Below are positions 30,294 through 38,200 of a DNA stretch of 64,000 nucleotides, piece after piece. Each line of letters opens with the position of its first letter. The first letter of the stretch is position 1. The stretch comes from an uncultured Armatimonadetes bacterium. Lineage in GTDB: Bacteria; Armatimonadota; UBA5829; DTJY01. Both the position numbers and the translations under genes were made by a program. Location of the stretch: NCBI GenBank assembly GCA_963717145.1, contig OY970325.1:4032001-4096000 (forward strand). Reading direction: 5' to 3'. The notes below the pieces were generated by a model. The model was not told the origin of the DNA. It did no database searches and saw only the letters and a list, made by a program, of their open reading frames with translations.

Positions 30294-30450
30294 GTTCGGG
30301 ATGGAGTTGTACTCCATCCCGCAACACCGACCGGGGAGTTCAACTCCCCCAACGTTCGTGCCGGAGTTGTACTCCGGCACGCAACACCGACACGGGGAGT
30401 TCAACTCCCCTACCAGTCTTGCGGGACGGAGTACAACTCCGTCCCGAACA
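30294..30450. repeat. Cluster of GGAGTT..ACTCC palindromic units
   Basis: About five hairpin units (GGAGTTGTACTCC, GGAGTTCAACTCC) in the intergenic space. Confidence 0.8.
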
Positions 30451-30464
30451 TCGGCGGGCGTTCA

Positions 30465-31370
30465 CTACACGCGGATCTCCACCCAGCCGCCGCCTTGCGC
30501 CTTCGATGCCTGCGCCCCCACGATGACGGAGATCATCTCCAGCGTCTCCTCCGGCGGGAACGGTTGGATGCCGGTCTGGACGAAGCCGACGAAATCCGCA
30601 AGTTGGGCCTTGAACATGCTGAATGTATCGAAGCTGTCTACCCGGACCCACTTGTCCTTACCATAGAAGTTGAACGCGATCGGGCCGGATACCCCGCACA
30701 TGACTTCGATCAGAGCGGTCCGGCCGTCGTTCCAGGCCAGTTGCACCTGTACCTGGTTGCCCGTACCGACATCTCTGACCGACTTGAAGCCCGCCCCCAT
30801 CACGGTGCGGATTCCTTCCAGCACGTGGATGCCGTAGGTCCGCCAGTACTTCGGCGAGAACGCGCTCGCATAGCTGTACTTCTCCTCCGCAAGCGCCAAG
30901 AGTTCCATGCTGTACCGGAAGCACGAGGTGGAGACGATCGGCTGACCGGCGGCATACCGCTTCCGGAAGGCCTCGAGGTCGCGAGCGTTGTCGGTCAGCG
31001 GCTTATCGATGAAGACCGGGATGCCCTTGTCGAGGAACGGCGCGGCCATGGCGAGGTGGTTCTCCCCGTCGTCCCGGGCGAGCAGGAGGGCGTCGATCTC
31101 GCCGATCATGTCCTGCAGCCTTGGAACGATCTTCTCGATCCGCGAGCTTTGGGCAACCTGCTGAGATATCTTCGGGTCCTGGGTCCAGATGTGCGTGACC
31201 CGGGCATCGTCGATCCCGAAGTCGCTCTCCGGGCGCGCACCCAGGTACTGTGGGATGACCGGGAACGGACAGGAGTCCATCGCCCTCAGGTCATAGCCGT
31301 TGATGATCGCCGCCCACGAGTAAGGGTGGCCGTTTCCTTCGCTTAGTCCGACTATTCCAAGTTTGAGCAT
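30465..31370 (-). CDS. Gfo/Idh/MocA-like oxidoreductase
   Basis: LGIVGLSEGNGH, VFIDKPL, YGIH. Confidence 0.8.
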   Translation of the reverse strand: MLKLGIVGLSEGNGHPYSWAAIINGYDLRAMDSCPFPVIPQYLGARPESDFGIDDARVTHIWTQDPKISQQVAQSSRIEKIVPRLQDMIGEIDALLLARDDGENHLAMAAPFLDKGIPVFIDKPLTDNARDLEAFRKRYAAGQPIVSTSCFRYSMELLALAEEKYSYASAFSPKYWRTYGIHVLEGIRTVMGAGFKSVRDVGTGNQVQVQLAWNDGRTALIEVMCGVSGPIAFNFYGKDKWVRVDSFDTFSMFKAQLADFVGFVQTGIQPFPPEETLEMISVIVGAQASKAQGGGWVEIRV

Positions 31371-31452
31371 GGGTTACCTCTGGGAGACTTTAGACGTTAG
31401 ACTCTAGACCTCAGCGGAGAAGCAGAGTGTCTGAAGTCCAAAGTCTAAGGTC

Positions 31453-32235
31453 TCAGAATATCGTCCAGCCGCCGTCGACGATCAGGTTCTGCCCCGTGAC
31501 GTAAGCCGAGGCGTCGGACGCAAGGAAGACGAGTGTGCCCTTGACGTCGTCCTCGCCCGCCATGCGACCCATCGGACAGCGGCCTTCGTAGAACGTGCGC
31601 GTCTTCTCCGGAGTGGTCGATTCGCTGAGCCCGCCGGGACTGAGCGCATTGACCCGCACGCCGAACCGGGCGAACCGCATCGCCATTGCGCGCGTGAAGT
31701 TGATCACCCCACTGCGGTGGAACATGTAGTCCGGCGGGAAGTCGTCGCCCTCTCGACCGTATGCCCTCAAATCAGGGCTGACGACGCCATAGATCGAGCT
31801 GAGATTGATGATCGAGCCGGAGCGCTGCTTCTCCATGATCTCGCCGAAGACGCGGGTCGGCGCGAAGATGCCGGTCGAGTTGATGTCGATCGACTCCCGC
31901 CAGTGCGCCAGGTCGTCGTCGTAGCTCTTCATCGGCCGGATGACGGCATTGTTGACGAGCACGTCGAGGCGGCCGTCGTCGGCGAGGACTCGCTTCCGGA
32001 TACGGCGGAGATCGTCCTCCTTGGTCATGTCCATCGAATCGCATTCGGCCTGAAACCCCTCGGCCCGGAGTTGATCAGCCAGGTCGGAGCACTTCACCCC
32101 GTCGCGCGAGACGATCCAGACCTTCGCGCCGGCCTCAGCGAGTCCCCGGCAGAAGACCCTGCCGTATCGCCCGGCACCGCCGGTCACCAGCGCGACCTTC
32201 CCATCGAGACTCATCAGCGATCGAACGTCAGTCAT
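31453..32235 (-). CDS. SDR-family oxidoreductase
   Basis: TGGAGRYG, LVNNA, SSIYG, VRVNALSPGG, VDGGW. The YxxxK motif appears as YMFHR. Confidence 0.9.
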   Translation of the reverse strand: MTDVRSLMSLDGKVALVTGGAGRYGRVFCRGLAEAGAKVWIVSRDGVKCSDLADQLRAEGFQAECDSMDMTKEDDLRRIRKRVLADDGRLDVLVNNAVIRPMKSYDDDLAHWRESIDINSTGIFAPTRVFGEIMEKQRSGSIINLSSIYGVVSPDLRAYGREGDDFPPDYMFHRSGVINFTRAMAMRFARFGVRVNALSPGGLSESTTPEKTRTFYEGRCPMGRMAGEDDVKGTLVFLASDASAYVTGQNLIVDGGWTIF

Positions 32236-32405
32236 GCCAAACCTCTCTTAGAACACAGATGGCACAGATGGCGGAGGATAGAACAGATGGAATGCTGGAA
32301 TAAGAAGGTGTCAGGGCAAGGCATTTCCAACGCTCCACTGCTCCGCTATTCCATCACGCTTCTTCTTTCTCTGTGTCATCCTCCTCAATCCGTGTCATCT
32401 GTGTT

Positions 32406-33380
32406 CTATGCGTTCAGTAGCTTGAGACATAGGCGTAATGTATGTGCCGCTTCCCGGATGGATGTGAGCAGGGGCGGGCCGCCATCGATCGCCGCGATGA
32501 ACGCCTCGGCCTGACGCCTCATTGCTTCGAGATAATCGACCTGCTCGATCGGGAAATCCTCCCAGTCCGTTGCGCCCTTGCGGAAGATCCGGCATGCAAA
32601 CCCCGGCTCGGTGATCCGCAGGAAACCGCCCTCCCCGGCGAACTCGAGGATCCCCTCGTTCGGCGGCTGAAACTGGTTCACGTTCATCGTGCCGAGCGCG
32701 CCGTTCCGCGAGAAATCGAACGAGAGCGCGACCGCATCCTCGACCTCGACGCCTTCGAGCGCCAGGTGACGGATGATCCCATTGAACTCCCCGATCGGGC
32801 CGAGATACGACTGCACGAGGTCGATGTAGTGGCTCGCACAGTCGAGCAGGCATCCACCGCCCATCTCGCGGCGGGCGTAGTATATCTCCCGGTAGTCCGG
32901 GCGGTATGTCGTGAACGGCTGACCGGCGTTGACGCGGCAGACGAGCATCTCGCCGAGTTCGCCCGATGCGATCAGCTTGGCGGCGGTCTGATGGGCCGGA
33001 TGGTATCGGCGGACGTATGCCACTCCCGACGGAGGGGCGATCGGCCCCTCGGAAAGCTCGATCAGCTCCTCGACGCCGTCCCACGAGTGCGAGAGCGGCT
33101 TCTCCGACAGCACGGGAATGCCCTCTGTTAGGCACCGGGTCGCCATCGGGACATGGAACGGAGCCGGCGCGCAGATGACGACTCCATCGAACGTCGAGAG
33201 GTCGAGCGACTCCCATCCCGCATCGAGCGGCTCAGCGCCCAACTCAGCCGCGCGGTCGAGCGATTCCCTGCGCGGGTCGATGGTGAAGAGCGCTGGCTTC
33301 GGCTCGACCCCATTGAACGCGCGGATATGCTTGAGGCCGATGCCTCCCGCGCCCACGATCAATATTCGCTTATCCGGCAT
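32406..33380 (-). CDS. Gfo/Idh/MocA oxidoreductase
   Basis: VGAGGIG, VLSEKPL, GGGCLLDCASHYID. Confidence 0.9.
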   Translation of the reverse strand: MPDKRILIVGAGGIGLKHIRAFNGVEPKPALFTIDPRRESLDRAAELGAEPLDAGWESLDLSTFDGVVICAPAPFHVPMATRCLTEGIPVLSEKPLSHSWDGVEELIELSEGPIAPPSGVAYVRRYHPAHQTAAKLIASGELGEMLVCRVNAGQPFTTYRPDYREIYYARREMGGGCLLDCASHYIDLVQSYLGPIGEFNGIIRHLALEGVEVEDAVALSFDFSRNGALGTMNVNQFQPPNEGILEFAGEGGFLRITEPGFACRIFRKGATDWEDFPIEQVDYLEAMRRQAEAFIAAIDGGPPLLTSIREAAHTLRLCLKLLNA

Positions 33381-33419
33381 TTCCTCTCCCCACAAACCTT
33401 CCGAAACAACTCCGCTAGT

Positions 33420-33533
33420 CCTGAGTATGCCGGTGAATGACGGCATGTAACGAAGGACGGTGGCATATGTACAAGGGTTGGCGCTCCGCAGGCCGCCCTT
33501 CGTTACATGCCGTCATTCACCGGCATACTCAGG
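33420..33533. repeat. Long perfect inverted repeat (about 37-bp arms)
   Basis: CCTGAGTATGCCGGTGAATGACGGCATGTAACGAAGG and its reverse complement. Confidence 0.85.
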
Positions 33534-33562
33534 GCTGACGGTTATGGTTACCTTCTGACCCC

Positions 33563-34414
33563 TTACCTCCCCAGGATCGCATCCATCGCCCGAGACGTGT
33601 TCTCGATCAGGACCTCGGGATGGAAGCGGTACGGCGGGATCATCTCGGCGGTCAGCGGGCCGTCGTAGCCGACCTCCTCGAGTGCCTGGATCACTTCCGG
33701 CCAGTCTACGTCACCGCTGAGCAGGTCCACGAAGCCGTTGATGTTCCCGATGCTCCTGCGGAAATCCTTGATGTGCACCCGCTTGATCCGATGAGCCAGG
33801 ATGCGGATCCAATCCTGAGGGTAGCCACTGATGACGCAGTTTCCGACATCGAAGTATGCCTGGACCCAGGGGCTGGCGAACTGGTCGATGAACGCCTCCA
33901 TCTCCATCGGGCTGAGGAGCAGCTTGTTCCAGACGTTCTCCGCGCAGATGACGACTCCGGCCGCCTCAGCGTCGGCAATCAACTCATCGAAGCACTCGGT
34001 GACGCGCGCGAACGCGTCGTCGTATCGTACCTTGGGGATGCTCGGATCCCACGGGACATCGACCGCTCCGGGGACGATCAGAACGGCATCCGTTCCGAGT
34101 GCGTGGGCCGCCCCTAGTGCCTTCCGGGCGATGTCCATGGCCTGCGAACGAACACTCGCGTCGTCGGAGGTGAACGGCCACTGGAAGTGCAGGGCGCACC
34201 CGAGGCTCGCGATCTCGATGCCGATATCATTCGAGGCCTGACGAAGCCCCTCCAGTTGGACATCAGACGATTCGAGCGAGACCTCGCCGGTGACGCCGAA
34301 TCCCAGTTCGATCGCCTCGAATCCGGCGGCTTTGGCCTGCTTCATCGCATCGGCGGCCGGCTTGGATCCGTCCAGTCCGCCGGGGAACGACCAGTAGCTG
34401 ATGCTCTTCTTCAT
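33563..34414 (-). CDS. Sugar phosphate isomerase/epimerase (AP endonuclease 2 TIM barrel)
   Basis: AENVWNK, YFDVGN, VHIKDF, GDVDW, YDGPLTAE. Confidence 0.85.
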   Translation of the reverse strand: MKKSISYWSFPGGLDGSKPAADAMKQAKAAGFEAIELGFGVTGEVSLESSDVQLEGLRQASNDIGIEIASLGCALHFQWPFTSDDASVRSQAMDIARKALGAAHALGTDAVLIVPGAVDVPWDPSIPKVRYDDAFARVTECFDELIADAEAAGVVICAENVWNKLLLSPMEMEAFIDQFASPWVQAYFDVGNCVISGYPQDWIRILAHRIKRVHIKDFRRSIGNINGFVDLLSGDVDWPEVIQALEEVGYDGPLTAEMIPPYRFHPEVLIENTSRAMDAILGR

Positions 34415-34426
34415 TGCCGGTGCTCC

Positions 34427-34537
34427 TTTGGAGTGCGGTGGCTCGACACCGCTTTTCTCCAGGGCGGCTTGACGCCCCAAGGGCCGCCGTGTCGAGCCAC
34501 GGCTCAGGAAAGCGACGTCGAGCCGTCGCACTCCAAA
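34427..34537. repeat. TTTGGAGTGCG...CGCACTCCAAA REP-like element overlapping the nanE 3' end
   Basis: Inverted termini and internal GGCTCGAC/GTCGAGCC units. Confidence 0.7.
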
Positions 34538-35208
34538 GCCCTCACAAATCGCTCCGTGACGATGTGCGGGCGGGTGATCGCCGTGCCGACGACGACCGCG
34601 TATGCGCCCAGATCGAGCGCCTGCCGAGCCTGCTCCGGTGTCCAAATCTTCCCCTCGGCGATGATCGGCACACTGATGCGTGCGACGAGTCCCTCGATGA
34701 GCGCGAAATCCGGCCCATCGGAATGCGCACTGTAGGGCGTGTAGCCGCTCATCGTAGTCGCTACGATATCCGCGCCCGCTTCGGCGGCGGCGATCCCCTC
34801 TTCGAGAGTCGAGATGTCCGCCATGACCGGGAGTCCGAGCGCCTTGACCTGGCCTATCAGTTCAGCGGCGGTGAGGCCGCTCGATCTGGGGCGGAGGGTA
34901 GCATCCAGGGCGATGATATCCGCGCCGGCCTCCAGGATTTCCCCCGCGGCGTCGACCGTAGGTGTGATATAGGGCTCGGTCTCGGAGCGGCCGATCTTGT
35001 TGATGCCGAGCACAGGGAGCTTGACGGCCTGCTTGATGGCTCGGATGTCGTCCGGGCCATCGGCGCGGATTGCGACTGCCCCACCGATCTCGGCGGCGCG
35101 CGCCATGGCTGCCATGATGTGGCTGCCGTGGAGCGGTGTGCCCTCGGCGGCCTGGCATGAGACTATGAGGCCGCCCTTCAGACTCGCGATGACGTTCGGG
35201 TTGATCAA
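34504..35208 (-). CDS. nanE: N-acetylmannosamine-6-phosphate 2-epimerase
   Basis: GLIVSCQA, PVLGINK, YITPT, MADIST, TTMSGYT, IAEG.I.TP, VVGTAITRP. Confidence 0.92.
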   Translation of the reverse strand: MINPNVIASLKGGLIVSCQAAEGTPLHGSHIMAAMARAAEIGGAVAIRADGPDDIRAIKQAVKLPVLGINKIGRSETEPYITPTVDAAGEILEAGADIIALDATLRPRSSGLTAAELIGQVKALGLPVMADISTLEEGIAAAEAGADIVATTMSGYTPYSAHSDGPDFALIEGLVARISVPIIAEGKIWTPEQARQALDLGAYAVVVGTAITRPHIVTERFVRALECDGSTSLS

Positions 35209-35400
35209 TCCATCTGAGGTTTACACGTTCGGGGGAGGTTTTCCTTCGGGAGAATGAAGACGGCCGTTCCCCCGGATGTTGGGGCTGGAGTTCAACTCAC
35301 AGCCCCAACATCCGGGCGAACGGCCGGTGAAAAAGGGAATCAGTTGCCGACGGGTTGCCGGGTCGATACGCCGCCGGGTGCATTTTGCCTGATCGCCGGA

Positions 35401-35577
35401 TCAGGTCTCATTGGTACCGAGTGCTGCAGTGGCTTCCGTCCGCGCGCCCAGCAGGCATCCCAGCGACGGGCGCAGGATTGCCTGAAGGAACGGTGACCAC
35501 TGAAGGGCTCGATTGCAGGCATGACAGTGTCTGTCAGTGCCGCTACTCCACGTGCCACACCAGAAGCATTTGATCAT
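35401..35577 (-). CDS. Small zinc-ribbon protein (58 aa), not in the ORF track
   Basis: MIKCFWCGTWSSGTDRHCHACNRALQW... with two CxxC pairs and AGGAAGGA upstream. Confidence 0.6.
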   Translation of the reverse strand: MIKCFWCGTWSSGTDRHCHACNRALQWSPFLQAILRPSLGCLLGARTEATAALGTNET

Positions 35578-35957
35578 GGTGGCGTGTTTCCTTCCTGACT
35601 GCCAATGATCCGGCAGCCATGTATTACCCTTGCGTTTCGGTCCCTAAACCCAGGTCTCTACTCCAATGGGTCAGGACCAGAACCCCGGACATCCGATGTC
35701 CGAGGTGAGGCATCTCCTGGTATGATTACCTGCAAGATTCGTGCCAGTAGTGCTAACAGGGGGTATTTTCTGGTATTTTTACTGTGTAGACGTTTGTACA
35801 CAGAACGCTGATCACGCAGGATTTCGGTATGTAGCCTACTTCCTGCGGCAAAACTTGCTTCCCAGGCCACCCTGTCCGGTGCGCTGCAATGCAGGTATTT
35901 GTACCTATTGTATGACTGTGCTGCATGTGGGATTGTTCCCGCCAATCCATGTACTTT

Positions 35958-38195
35958 CTACCTGCTGACGACGCATACGCCATCCTCGGTGAGGGGGCAG
36001 CGATAGAAGCTCGTGCTGGCTATCCGCGTCACTGAGAGCGGCTTGCCGTTGAGCGAGACCTTGGGCATGCGCGGACTCACTATGATCAGTTCCGGCTCGA
36101 CGGGCTTGGGGAAGCTGTAGTGAGGCATCGAAACCTGCAATTGGAATCGGTCACCTCTCTGACTTTCCAGGCGGATGTTGGCGCTCCCGGCATCGACGAC
36201 CTGCAGCTTGTCCGGATCGAGCACCCACACGACGCCCGGCTCGGCGAACACGCCGCTGACGGGCTCTCTCCCGGACATTTCGTAGCCCACCAGGTTCTTC
36301 GGTATCGTCAGATGCTGCCCTCTCTCCAGGCAGTAGTATCCGGGCTCGCGGGCACCTGCATCGCGATTGAGGATGTGCAGCATTCCCGCGCTCCGCATGG
36401 TCGGCGGCTTAAGGCCGAAGAACGACTCCACCAATGCGTCGCAGCCGCTCCTGGGGATGCCGGCGAGGACCATCAGGTTCCCGCGGCGCCAGCCGACGGT
36501 CTGGCCACCTGCCTCGATCCACTCGCCGTCTGTGAAAGCAGGATTCCGCCGGACATTCGGCGTCACGCTCAATTCGACTTTCTTCCGTTCGGACGTCTCG
36601 AATGAAACTGGAGCCGCCAAACTGCCAATCGGACTGATCGGCAGAACGTCGAGCAGGGCATGGGTGAGATCGCGGCTCGTCCTGCGTCCGGGCTCGCAGA
36701 ATAGCTGCGTCTTCGAGCAGACCACGAGGACCTTCTTGTCCTTGGGCACGTTAGCGAGGAGTTCAGTGAGATAGGTGTCGGTCGGCCCGTCGGTGAAGCC
36801 GAGGACCAGGATGACGTTCTCGTAGTCGTCGTACTTGTCCAACTGCTCGGTCAGGAGTACATCGGGGCCGTACTTGACGAGGTCCTCGGACATCGCCTTC
36901 AGGATCGTCCACTGTTCGTTCTCGAGCTTGGCGACTTCGGGGTCTCTCGCGGACTCCGGATTCGCCGGCGGGATGAAGACCGCGAGGTCGCGCGTCGGAC
37001 GCTCGATATGCTTGTACGGGGTCATAAGCTCCAACTGACCGCGCATCACCGCCAGCTCGGTCGCGATACGGTCGGTATTGAACCAGTCCCAGGTGTCATT
37101 CGTGCTGAAGGCGAAGTAGTTGATCGCGGCCGGCTTGAACTGCAGTTCGTGGAACACGGCGCGGTAGACGTTATCTGGCGTGTTGCCGTCCAGGCTGCCG
37201 GATTGGAACTCGTTGTAGAAGGGCCTACGCCCGGTCCGGAGCGCCTGTTGCGCGATGCAGCTACTCGCCAACTCGACGACGACGGGATCGAACAGCGCGA
37301 ACTTGTGCTTGACGTCGTTTCCCTGCAGGTCCTTCTGCCCCAGGTACTCGAACACGTAGTGCGTGACTCCGACGGCGTCCGACGGGTACTTCAGTTGGCG
37401 CATGCTCTGGCCGAATGTGGGAGTGTAGGGGATGCTGAGCAGCCGGCTCGTCACGATCAAGTTATCGCCATGGATGCCGTGGTAGAAGTTGTCCATGCCG
37501 ACGATCACGTGCGTGATCAGGTACTCCTTGAACAGCGTGTGCAGGAAGGTTCTGAACAGACAATCGCTCGGCATGGCGGTACCGAGTGTTGACCATTTCT
37601 CCGAGGTGAACCCGAAGTCTTTCTCGAAGGTGATGCCGTCTCCGTTGCTGTCCTCCGAGGGTGACTTGTCCCCATACAAACCGGCCATCCAGTCGCCGAA
37701 GTCCTTCGACGACTCGGGCGTCACCATCAGCGACTCGACCTCTTCCTTCTTGTGGTTCGTGTAGTAATAGTCGGGCGAGAAATGCGGTTCGCTTCCGGTA
37801 TCGAAACCGAGGCAATACTTGTGCGTTTCCTGTATGGCGTAGAGCTTGTCGCCCATCCCCCGGTAGTCCCAGTGCTCCTTGTCCCAACTGCCGATCGGGA
37901 TGTAGTTGTGGAACAGCTCCACCCACGGGATGCGGGCCTCATCCAGAGCCTCGTTCACCCACGCGTCATGGGTGTCATGAGTGACGAAATCGAACACGTC
38001 GATCAGGTTGGGCACGACCGGCTTCATCGACTGCTCGATGCAGATGTGCGCGCCGATCAACGGCCTCCGACTGTCCTGCGCGCTGTATACGTTCAGCAGT
38101 GGCTTCCGGCCCTCGGTGTGCCATTTCATGATGCTCTCCTGTGCGCAGAGATGAGCGCAGATCAACACGAGCGTTAGAATAATGATAGCGCGCAT
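35958..38195 (-). CDS. Secreted hypothetical protein, possibly glycoside-hydrolase-like
   Basis: Signal peptide MRAIIILTLV..., long ORF with host codon usage, directly downstream of GH78. Confidence 0.6.
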   Translation of the reverse strand: MRAIIILTLVLICAHLCAQESIMKWHTEGRKPLLNVYSAQDSRRPLIGAHICIEQSMKPVVPNLIDVFDFVTHDTHDAWVNEALDEARIPWVELFHNYIPIGSWDKEHWDYRGMGDKLYAIQETHKYCLGFDTGSEPHFSPDYYYTNHKKEEVESLMVTPESSKDFGDWMAGLYGDKSPSEDSNGDGITFEKDFGFTSEKWSTLGTAMPSDCLFRTFLHTLFKEYLITHVIVGMDNFYHGIHGDNLIVTSRLLSIPYTPTFGQSMRQLKYPSDAVGVTHYVFEYLGQKDLQGNDVKHKFALFDPVVVELASSCIAQQALRTGRRPFYNEFQSGSLDGNTPDNVYRAVFHELQFKPAAINYFAFSTNDTWDWFNTDRIATELAVMRGQLELMTPYKHIERPTRDLAVFIPPANPESARDPEVAKLENEQWTILKAMSEDLVKYGPDVLLTEQLDKYDDYENVILVLGFTDGPTDTYLTELLANVPKDKKVLVVCSKTQLFCEPGRRTSRDLTHALLDVLPISPIGSLAAPVSFETSERKKVELSVTPNVRRNPAFTDGEWIEAGGQTVGWRRGNLMVLAGIPRSGCDALVESFFGLKPPTMRSAGMLHILNRDAGAREPGYYCLERGQHLTIPKNLVGYEMSGREPVSGVFAEPGVVWVLDPDKLQVVDAGSANIRLESQRGDRFQLQVSMPHYSFPKPVEPELIIVSPRMPKVSLNGKPLSVTRIASTSFYRCPLTEDGVCVVSR

Positions 38196-38200
38196 GATCT

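Noticed and set aside
30294-30450. CRISPR array
   Set aside because: The units are variable palindromes in both orientations with short, partly repeated spacers, and there are no cas genes. This fits a REP cluster.
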